From Longimicrobiales bacterium (lineage in GTDB: Bacteria > Gemmatimonadota > Gemmatimonadetes > Longimicrobiales > Gaopeijiaceae): a DNA stretch of 64,000 bases. Positions 57,076 to 64,000 of this stretch are shown here, piece by piece. The notes below the pieces were generated by a model, which worked only from the letters and a program-made list of their open reading frames with translations, searched no databases and had not been told where the DNA came from. Each line of letters starts with the position of its first letter. Position 1 is the stretch's first letter. The stretch covers positions 2,080,001-2,144,000 of the forward strand of contig CBDAON010000004.1 of the NCBI GenBank assembly GCA_965198065.1, in the 5' to 3' direction. The position numbers and the translations under genes were made by a program.

Positions 57076-57957
57076 TTAGCGCGCGACTCCGCCCCCGGGA
57101 GCAGGAGCCTCCTCGGGGAGGGGAACGAAGCGTACCACCGCATCCACGATCCCGCGGGCCGCAAGATCCGGATTGTCCACGATGACCCGGCGATCCGCCG
57201 GGTTCGTCAGGAATCCCGTCTCGATGATCGCGCCGACCGTCATCGGATGGATCGCGTGGTCGTAGCGGCGTGAGTTGAATGCGTAGTAGTTCCGCATTCG
57301 CCTCGGCACGTTTGGCCGGCGCCTGAGGCTCGTCGCCTCCGCGTACGTTTCGGCCAGGACCTCCACGAACTCCGACGCCCGTCTCGTCGCGTCCCTCCTC
57401 GGCGCCCCGACGGTGAACCCGGACACCGCCGGATCGTTGTAGCCGTCCGCGTGAATGGAGATGAAGAGGTCTGCCGAGTACCGCTGGGGAACCGTGGCTG
57501 GAAGGATCTCCACCGCGTACCCCCGCTCCTCAAGGAGGCGCGCAGCGCGTTGGGCGACTTCGAGTGTCACCTCCCACTCGGCCTTGCCGCCGCCGACCGT
57601 ACCGCCGTACCGGAGGTCACGAAGCTCCCTCGGCGCTTCGGACGAGCGCCAATGGCCGGCCTGGAGACCGATAAGGGGCATCGCACGCCGGTCCACGGCA
57701 GCCGCAAGGGCCGGCGTCCCCGCTCCCGCTGGGGAGACGGGGCCTGGGATGTCGAGGGAGCTGCGATCAACCTGGATGGGAGAACTTGCCCGCGCGGGGA
57801 CGACGGGGAGGGATGCCCGATCCAGCGCCGCGACCGGCTCGCGTCGAGCATCGGAGGCGCCGTTCTCGAACGTGAACGAGCCTGACATGGCGAGCGCGGG
57901 GACGAGCAGCCCCATCCCGACCGCGGACCGCCAGGATCCGTTCCTTGGCATCCCCAT
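57076..57957 (-). CDS. N-acetylmuramoyl-L-alanine amidase (Amidase_3)
   Basis: LQAGH, E in AEWEV, FISIHAD, IIETGFLTN. Confidence 0.85.
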   Translation of the reverse strand: MGMPRNGSWRSAVGMGLLVPALAMSGSFTFENGASDARREPVAALDRASLPVVPARASSPIQVDRSSLDIPGPVSPAGAGTPALAAAVDRRAMPLIGLQAGHWRSSEAPRELRDLRYGGTVGGGKAEWEVTLEVAQRAARLLEERGYAVEILPATVPQRYSADLFISIHADGYNDPAVSGFTVGAPRRDATRRASEFVEVLAETYAEATSLRRRPNVPRRMRNYYAFNSRRYDHAIHPMTVGAIIETGFLTNPADRRVIVDNPDLAARGIVDAVVRFVPLPEEAPAPGGGVAR

Positions 57958-58103
57958 GAGCCCAGCTCCTCACCGTGTGCACGGCTCCCTCGGTCCTCTG
58001 CGCCCGGCGAATCACACCTCCCTCCGATCCCCGCCCACCGGCACGTGGGCGTGCCAGACTTTAGAGCGACCCGTTTCGGTCTGTCAATCCGCCTCTCGAC
58101 ACC

Positions 58104-58324
58104 TCAGCGCCGTGATCCGGCTCGCTCTTCCATCTCGGCCTCGAACCAAAGGCTCTCGGAGTCGCGGGTCACCATCGCCAGCGCGACCTACTGTTGGGTC
58201 CAAAAGAAGGGCACGTCCACGAAGGGCAATCGCCGGGTCAACATGCTCCGTGCAACCGCTCGGCCGTCGCCCAGTGTTCGAAGCGAACCCACCGACCGGT
58301 CCTGGAGTCTGCCCAGCGGGCGAT
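58104..58324 (-). pseudogene. eroded C-terminal remnant of an FAD-dependent ferredoxin-reductase/AIF-like oxidoreductase
   Basis: IARWADSRTGRWVRFEHWATAER / VARSML...PFVDVPFFWTQQ* / VALAMVTRDSESLWFEAEME. Confidence 0.65.
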
Positions 58325-58376
58325 GGTGCTTCCGGAGAATCGGTAGGAACGGGGCCGGAGCCGAGCCTCATCCCGA

Positions 58377-58922
58377 TCAGGCTGAGGTTTCGGCCCCTCC
58401 GTATTCGGTGTCCGATACGGCGCCGAGCCAATCGGTGTGCGCGCTTTCCAGGTTCAGCGCCACGTGGACCATCGCGTGGTCAGGGTCCGCCCCGTGCCAG
58501 TGCCGCTTCCCGGGCGGAATGCGCACCACGGACCCCTGCGGGTGTCGCTCGATTGGCCCGCCCTCTCGCTGGAGGAGACACGTTCCCTCCTGGACGAGCA
58601 GGATCTGCGTTCCCGCATGGGCGTGCCAGTAGGTGCGTGCACGGGCAGCGAACCGCACGTAATAGACCCGCGTCGGCCGCTCCGGGGCGCTGTCTGCGAG
58701 CAGGCTGCTGTAGGCTTCGCCCGTGAAGGAGCTCGAGTCCGTCCGCCGGAGAGGAAAGGAGACCGCTTCGCCCGCGCCCCGGCTCGGACCCCCGGCTTCG
58801 GGGCCCCCGGAACCGGAGTCGCCTCCACTTGGATCGTGCCTCACGCGGGTCAAACTAGGACGCGCCTCGTCGGGGGGCCACCGCTGCAGACGGGGCCGGT
58901 GAGCGCCCCACGGCCCCCTCAC
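58377..58922 (-). CDS. cupin domain protein (start uncertain)
   Basis: FTGEAY, ARTYWHAH, QILLVQEG, IPPGKRHWHGA, WLGAVSD. Confidence 0.8.
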   Translation of the reverse strand: MRGPWGAHRPRLQRWPPDEARPSLTRVRHDPSGGDSGSGGPEAGGPSRGAGEAVSFPLRRTDSSSFTGEAYSSLLADSAPERPTRVYYVRFAARARTYWHAHAGTQILLVQEGTCLLQREGGPIERHPQGSVVRIPPGKRHWHGADPDHAMVHVALNLESAHTDWLGAVSDTEYGGAETSA

Positions 58923-58976
58923 CCTTCGATGCCGTTCACGCTACTGTTGTTCCCGGGGCACGACTCCGAGATCGAG

Positions 58977-59570
58977 ATGACCGACGCCGCTCAGCTCCTA
59001 GCCCGCGCGATCGAACGCTTCGACGAGGTGAACGCCCGGGACCCCCGGACTACCCCGGTGGGCGAACGGGAGGAGCCGACGGAGCTGGTCTACGCCCGCC
59101 GCATGACGGTGACGCTGGATCGCTTTGCTCCCGGGGCATCTGATGAGCTTCGCCTGGCCATCCGCGCGCAGCACATCTCCAGGTGGAGCATTCCGCGCTC
59201 CGAGTTTCCCCCGGGTCGAAGCGGGTACAAGGCCTGGAGGACACGCCTGATGGACCACCACGCGGAGCTCGCCGCGGGCATCCTGAGAGACGTCGGTTAT
59301 GGGGAGCCGACGGTCGAGCGAGTGGGCCAGCTCCTCAGGAAGCGGGGCCTCAAGCGAGACCCGGAGGTGCAGACGCTGGAGGACGTGGTCTGTCTAGTGT
59401 TCCTGGAGTATTACTTTGAGGAATTCGCGGCCCAGCACGAGGACGATAAGCTGGTCGAGATCCTTCGCAAGACCTGGGCGAAGATGAGCGAGCGGGGGCG
59501 GACGGAGGCCCGTGGGCTGGAGCTGGGAGCGAGGGGGAAGAAGCTCCTCGCCCGAGCCCTGGGCGAATGA
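58977..59570 (+). CDS. DUF4202-like protein
   Basis: FDEVNARDP, RAQHISRW, QTLEDVVCLVFL, KTWAKMS. Confidence 0.75.
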   Translation: MTDAAQLLARAIERFDEVNARDPRTTPVGEREEPTELVYARRMTVTLDRFAPGASDELRLAIRAQHISRWSIPRSEFPPGRSGYKAWRTRLMDHHAELAAGILRDVGYGEPTVERVGQLLRKRGLKRDPEVQTLEDVVCLVFLEYYFEEFAAQHEDDKLVEILRKTWAKMSERGRTEARGLELGARGKKLLARALGE

Positions 59571-60442
59571 GGGCGGTCCTGGTTGCCCTGGGGGCGGGTG
59601 CCCTGGCGACGGCTGTGGCGGTCGCGCTCTTCTGGCTCTTCGTCATCCCGTGGCCCTGGGACCTCGACGCTCGAAATCCCGAGGCGACCGCGCTCATGGA
59701 GCAGCGGGTCCGCGAAGCCGCGGCGAGCGGCAGCATGCTCTCGATTCGGCAGCAGTGGGTAGCCCTGGACCGCATCTCCCCGAACCTCGTCCGCGCGGTC
59801 ATCGTGGCGGAGGACCACCGCTTCCGGGAGCACGCCGGCGTGGACTGGCGGGCCCTCGCCGAAGAGGTGCGGTGGGATGGTAGCGACAGGTTCAGGTGGT
59901 GGAGTCCCGCCGACCTCGTCTCGCTCGGGCGAGCCGTCGGATATTCCTGGCGGAATCGGGACGAGATCCGCGGGCGGAGCACGATCCCCCAGCAGTTGGC
60001 CAAGAACCTCTACTTCGGGACCGAGCGCTCGTTCATGCGGAAGGGCCTCGAGCTCGTAGCCGCCCGCCGCCTGGAGCGCGCGCTCACGAAGGACCGGATC
60101 CTTGAGCTCTACCTGAACCTGGCGGAATGGGGGCCCGGGATCTTCGGGGCGGAAGCCGCGTCCCTCGCTTACTTTGGACAGGGAGCCGATGCCCTGACCC
60201 TGGAGGAGGGGGCGGCCCTGGCCGCCACGCTGCCTCATCCCCTCACGTCGAACCCCGCACTGTCGCCGGCGCAGATGCGGTGGCGGCAGGCACTCATCCT
60301 CGAGCGGCTGGCGCCTCCCCAGGCAGGCGCCCCCAGGGTCGAGCTTCCTCTACCCCTTCCGCTTCCCCCGCCCGTCCTGATGCCCGGCCCGGAACCCGCG
60401 CCGCGGCTTCCCGCACCTTCTCCGGTCTCCCCGATTCGATGA
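59567..60442 (+). CDS. mtgA: monofunctional peptidoglycan transglycosylase
   Basis: AEDHRFREHAGVD, RGRSTIPQQLAKNL, RKGLE, LYLNLAEWG..IFGAEAAS. Confidence 0.88.
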   Translation: MRAVLVALGAGALATAVAVALFWLFVIPWPWDLDARNPEATALMEQRVREAAASGSMLSIRQQWVALDRISPNLVRAVIVAEDHRFREHAGVDWRALAEEVRWDGSDRFRWWSPADLVSLGRAVGYSWRNRDEIRGRSTIPQQLAKNLYFGTERSFMRKGLELVAARRLERALTKDRILELYLNLAEWGPGIFGAEAASLAYFGQGADALTLEEGAALAATLPHPLTSNPALSPAQMRWRQALILERLAPPQAGAPRVELPLPLPLPPPVLMPGPEPAPRLPAPSPVSPIR

Positions 60443-60999
60443 ACGTCGAGGACGCCATCCGGGCCCGGAGGTCCATCAAGAGCTTCACCCCGCGCCCCAT
60501 CCCTCGAGAGGTCGTCGAGTCGCTTCTCGAGACGGCGGTTCTGGCCCCGAACCACCGCATGACCGAGCCCTGGCGGTTCCTGGTTCTGGGTCCGGACACG
60601 AAGCGCGAATACGCGCGGATCCGCGGGGCCGGAAAGTCGGCCAAGGTGGAGGGCGCCGAGGCGGCGGAGGCGGTCGCGGCAAAGGTCGCGGCCGAGATCG
60701 AGGCCGTCCCGGCGATTGTCGCCTTCACGCAGAGGAATGACCCTCGAGCCGACGTGCGGGAGGAGGACTTCGCGGCGGTCTACATGGGGATCCAGAACCT
60801 CCTCCTCGCGGCCACTGGACTCGGGCTGGGCAGCCACGTGAAGACGGGAGCGGAGCTCGACCTTCCCCAAACGCAGCGGGTGCTAGGTGTGGAGGACGGG
60901 GAGCGAATCGTCGCCGTGGTCCACCTGGGGGAGCCCGCGGACTCGCGCCCGCAGAAGCCTCGGACGCCGGCCCGGGAGCGGACCCGCTGGCTTCCGTGA
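60439..60999 (+). CDS. nitroreductase family protein
   Basis: IRARRSIKSF, APNHRMTEPWRF, QNLLLAA..LGLGS. Confidence 0.9.
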   Translation: MNVEDAIRARRSIKSFTPRPIPREVVESLLETAVLAPNHRMTEPWRFLVLGPDTKREYARIRGAGKSAKVEGAEAAEAVAAKVAAEIEAVPAIVAFTQRNDPRADVREEDFAAVYMGIQNLLLAATGLGLGSHVKTGAELDLPQTQRVLGVEDGERIVAVVHLGEPADSRPQKPRTPARERTRWLP

Positions 61000-61050
61000 G
61001 GCCGGCGGGTCGGACAGGACAATGTGGGCGCCCCGATCCCTCGGGCCGGT

Positions 61051-61641
61051 TCAGGGCAGAAGGAAGTACGCCGGCAGATGCCCGACCACCCGGGCCCACC
61101 GGACGAGCTCGGCCAGGACGAAGACGAGTGGGATCGCCATGCTCTCCCTCAGAGCGACCTCGAAACGGGTGCCCTCGAATGAAGCGGCCGCGTCGGTTCG
61201 CCTTCGCCCACGCTTCGGGAGGAATCGGGGGACCCGTTCCCGGTATCGCGCGTACTCCTCGCCGAACAGCCTCTCCAGCTCCGCCTCCTCGCGACGAATG
61301 GCCGGCCAGTGGGTCGTGAAGAAGACGAGGGCGAAGAGGGCCGCGAGCGTCACCGAGCCGAACGCGAGGCCCGTGCCCGCGAAGCCCAGCAGGCTGAACA
61401 GATAGAGGGGATTGCGGACAAGGGCGTAGGGGCCCGCCGTGACCAGAACGTCGTTCTTCCTTCCGATCACGTAGGCGCTCGCCCAGATCCGGCCTCCGGC
61501 CGCAGCCAGTAGAAGAATCAACCCCGCCGAGACCACGAGCGTTTCGGCGAGCGAGCCCGGGCCGTAGACCGGGCCCGTGACCAGGGCCATGAGCGCCGCC
61601 GGGAGGAGGAGAAGACGCGTCAGCACCAGCCTGGGGTTCAT
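61051..61641 (-). CDS. isoprenylcysteine carboxyl methyltransferase/PEMT-family membrane protein
   Basis: LVTAGPYALVRNPLY, EEAEL..FGEEY..Y..RVPRF. Confidence 0.85.
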   Translation of the reverse strand: MNPRLVLTRLLLLPAALMALVTGPVYGPGSLAETLVVSAGLILLLAAAGGRIWASAYVIGRKNDVLVTAGPYALVRNPLYLFSLLGFAGTGLAFGSVTLAALFALVFFTTHWPAIRREEAELERLFGEEYARYRERVPRFLPKRGRRRTDAAASFEGTRFEVALRESMAIPLVFVLAELVRWARVVGHLPAYFLLP

Positions 61642-61750
61642 GCGCTCTCCGGTTCGAGGTCCACCTGACTGCCGCGTCCTTGACGGCCCGGAACGGTCTG
61701 CGCCAATTCAAGGTACGGGATCCCCACGAGCACCGAGAAGTCGGGACGAG

Positions 61751-64000
61751 ATGTCGGCCATCACGAGCGTGGTCTCCGCGCGCGAACGCACTTCGGGTTC
61801 TCTGGAGACGCTGGATGCGGTGCAGCGGCGGGTCCTCTGGCTCGCGGTCAGCATCGTTCATCACGCGAACAAGGTTCGCCCGAACCGGTCCGGAGTGAAG
61901 GTCGGTGGGCATCAGGCCTCGTCCGCGTCGATGGTCAGCATGATGTCCGCCCTCTACTTCCAGCATCTGGACGCGGCGGATCGAGTGTCGGTCAAGCCCC
62001 ACGCGGCCCCGGTCCTCCACGCGATCGAGTACCTCCTGGGCCGGCTGGACGCCGAGTACCTCACCGAGCTGAGGTCGTACGGAGGGCTCCAGAGCTACCC
62101 CAGCCGCCTCAAGGACCCATTCCCGGTGGACTTTTCGACGGGCTCCGTGGGGATCGGAGCCACGCCCACGATCTGGAGCTCGCTCGCCCATCGCTACGTC
62201 TCCGATCACTTCGACGTGTCCAGGTCCGGACGGCACATCGCCCTGGTGGGCGACGCCGAGCTGGACGAAGGGGCGTGCTGGGAGGCGATCGTGGACCCCA
62301 TGGTCCCGAACATGGGCGACGTGATGTGGGTCGTGGACATGAATCGACAGTCCCTGGACCGGGTCGTTCCCGAGATCGCGGTTGGTCGGATCGAGCGGAT
62401 GTTCGAGTCGGCCGGGTGGCACAGCGTCACCGTAAAGTACGGCTCGCGCCTCGGGGAGATCTTCTCCCGCCCGGGCGGGGAGGTGCTCCGGAGGCGCATC
62501 GATCGCATGTCGAACGAGGAGTACCAGCGCCTCCTCCGTGCCGACCCCGAGGAGCTCCGGGTCCGGCTCCCCAGGGAGGGGTCCGACCGCGGCGACGTTC
62601 GCCGGATCCTAGCCGATCTCGACGATCGGGAGCTACACGCGGCTGTTCGCGACCTGGGCGGTCATGACCTGGGCATGCTCCTGGACGCGTATCGGGAGGC
62701 GGACGCGGTGACCGATCGCCCCTCGGTCATCTTCGCGTACACGGTCAAGGGCTGGAAGCTGCCGGTTGAGGGCCACCCGGGGAACCACTCCGCCCTGCTC
62801 CGAACGCAACAGTGGGAGCAGCTGGCCGTGGAGCTGGGAGCGGACGCCCAGGACCCGTGGCGGAAGTTCGAGCCGGGCTCGGAGGAGGAGAAGGTGTGCC
62901 TCGCGGCCACGGAGCGGCTGGAGCGCGGAGAGGTTCCGCTCCGTCCGGTCCCGGCGATCCCGACGGAACTGAGCGGGAGCCACAGCGGGATGGAATCGAC
63001 GCAGCAGGCGTTCGGCCGGTTGCTCACTGGTCTCGGCCGGGAGGCCCCCGAGGTGGCGAGGCACGTGGTCACGGTAAGCCCCGACGTGGCCTCGTCCACG
63101 AACCTGGGGGGGTGGATCAACAAGGTCGGGATCTGGAACGTGGCCAAGCGAAGGGACTGGTTCGCGGACGACGCGGAGAGAGTCCTGCGCTGGCGGGAAG
63201 GTGAGCGCGGCCAGCACATCGAGCTCGGGATCGCGGAGGCGAACATGGCGGGGCTCCTGAGCGAGCTCGGCCTCACCTGGTCACGGGACGGTCAGCCGCT
63301 CCTCCCCGTCGGGACCCTCTACGATCCGTTTGTGACCCGTACGCTCGAGCCCTGGGCCTTCGGGATCTATGCCGGGGGGCAGTCTATCCTGGTGGGTACG
63401 CCGTCCGGGGTCACCCTCGCTCCCGAAGGTGGGGCACACCAGTCCGTGATCACGCCCTCGATCGGGCTCGAGCAGCCGGGGTGCGTCGCGTGGGAGCCTG
63501 CCTTCTGCCAGGACCTCGAGTGGAGCTTCCTTCACGCGCTGGGCCAGCTCGGACGACCGGGTGGGACAGCGGCGTACTTCCGCCTCTCGACCCGTCTCGT
63601 CGACCAGAATCTGGCGGCGCTCCCGTCTGAACCCGAGGGTCGGGACGAGCGTCGTCGGCGGGTGCTGGAGGGAGGGTACCGGCTGCGCGAGGCCTCACCC
63701 GAGCCGGACGTGACCCTCGTCGGCGTGGGGGCGATGATGACGGAGGTGCTGGCCGCGGCGGACGAGCTTGAGGCCGGCGGCGTCCAAACCGAGGTGGTCT
63801 GCCTCACCTCGCCCGACCTCGTATTCCGCGCCATCCAGGCCCGGCAGGGGCTCCTGCGGCACGAATACGGGTTCCTCGACACCCTGTTCCCTCCGGAGCA
63901 CCGCTCGCCGTTCATCACGGTGCTGGATGGCCACCCGCACACCCTGTCGTTCCTGGCGGCGGTGCGACCCGCCCGGATCGCCTGTCTCGGGGTGAGCGGC
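61751..64000 (+). CDS. pyruvate dehydrogenase E1 (AceE-like)/transketolase-family ThDP enzyme, runs off window end
   Basis: KVGGHQASSAS, GLQSYPSR, STGSVG, GDAELDEG..WEA, DMNRQSLD, GIAE, EGGAHQS; no stop seen before 64000. Confidence 0.85.
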   Translation, partial: MSAITSVVSARERTSGSLETLDAVQRRVLWLAVSIVHHANKVRPNRSGVKVGGHQASSASMVSMMSALYFQHLDAADRVSVKPHAAPVLHAIEYLLGRLDAEYLTELRSYGGLQSYPSRLKDPFPVDFSTGSVGIGATPTIWSSLAHRYVSDHFDVSRSGRHIALVGDAELDEGACWEAIVDPMVPNMGDVMWVVDMNRQSLDRVVPEIAVGRIERMFESAGWHSVTVKYGSRLGEIFSRPGGEVLRRRIDRMSNEEYQRLLRADPEELRVRLPREGSDRGDVRRILADLDDRELHAAVRDLGGHDLGMLLDAYREADAVTDRPSVIFAYTVKGWKLPVEGHPGNHSALLRTQQWEQLAVELGADAQDPWRKFEPGSEEEKVCLAATERLERGEVPLRPVPAIPTELSGSHSGMESTQQAFGRLLTGLGREAPEVARHVVTVSPDVASSTNLGGWINKVGIWNVAKRRDWFADDAERVLRWREGERGQHIELGIAEANMAGLLSELGLTWSRDGQPLLPVGTLYDPFVTRTLEPWAFGIYAGGQSILVGTPSGVTLAPEGGAHQSVITPSIGLEQPGCVAWEPAFCQDLEWSFLHALGQLGRPGGTAAYFRLSTRLVDQNLAALPSEPEGRDERRRRVLEGGYRLREASPEPDVTLVGVGAMMTEVLAAADELEAGGVQTEVVCLTSPDLVFRAIQARQGLLRHEYGFLDTLFPPEHRSPFITVLDGHPHTLSFLAAVRPARIACLGVSG

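Noticed and set aside
23839..62422. Many long antisense or alternate-frame ORFs in the track (e.g. 23839-25323, 27691-29451, 36916-38418, 54373-56061, 60725-62422)
   Set aside because: They shadow well-supported genes, are Arg/Pro/Gly-rich with no motifs, and are expected in high-GC DNA

Overview
High-GC bacterial window. The gene content and the ffh-rpsP-rimM-trmD-rplS-rnhB order suggest Gemmatimonadota, possibly host- or sponge-associated given LRR and cadherin remnants (inference, not verified). About 1.5-20.2 kb is an accessory island centred on a tRNA-Ala(TGC) gene at 18473-18545. On its 5' side lie two tandem cargo cassettes with no integrase: a Zn/Mn-uptake module with a globin pseudogene, and a lipid-metabolism module. 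Each cassette is bounded by a copy of the 5' half of the tRNA (9377, 13619, 18473) with conserved flanking arm sequences, forming an integron-like array at a tRNA. Further left are three decayed IS3-family elements enclosing remnants of DUF6884-like, ArdC and toxin-antitoxin genes plus an intact JAB-peptidase/E1(ThiF) fusion. A 5'-truncated tyrosine integrase lies 3' of the tRNA. The rest (20-64 kb) is mostly housekeeping and metabolic genes: lysC, dapBAD, Hsp20, suhB, trpS, pilT, purA, the ffh cluster, tRNA-Lys, BatA/B/C-like genes, a PQQ dehydrogenase, an M1 peptidase, mtgA and an aceE-like gene running off the end. Many genes show short internal deletions or frameshifts, including an in-frame loss of the TKxD GTPase motif in ffh. 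Family assignments come from motif recognition only; no database search was run.
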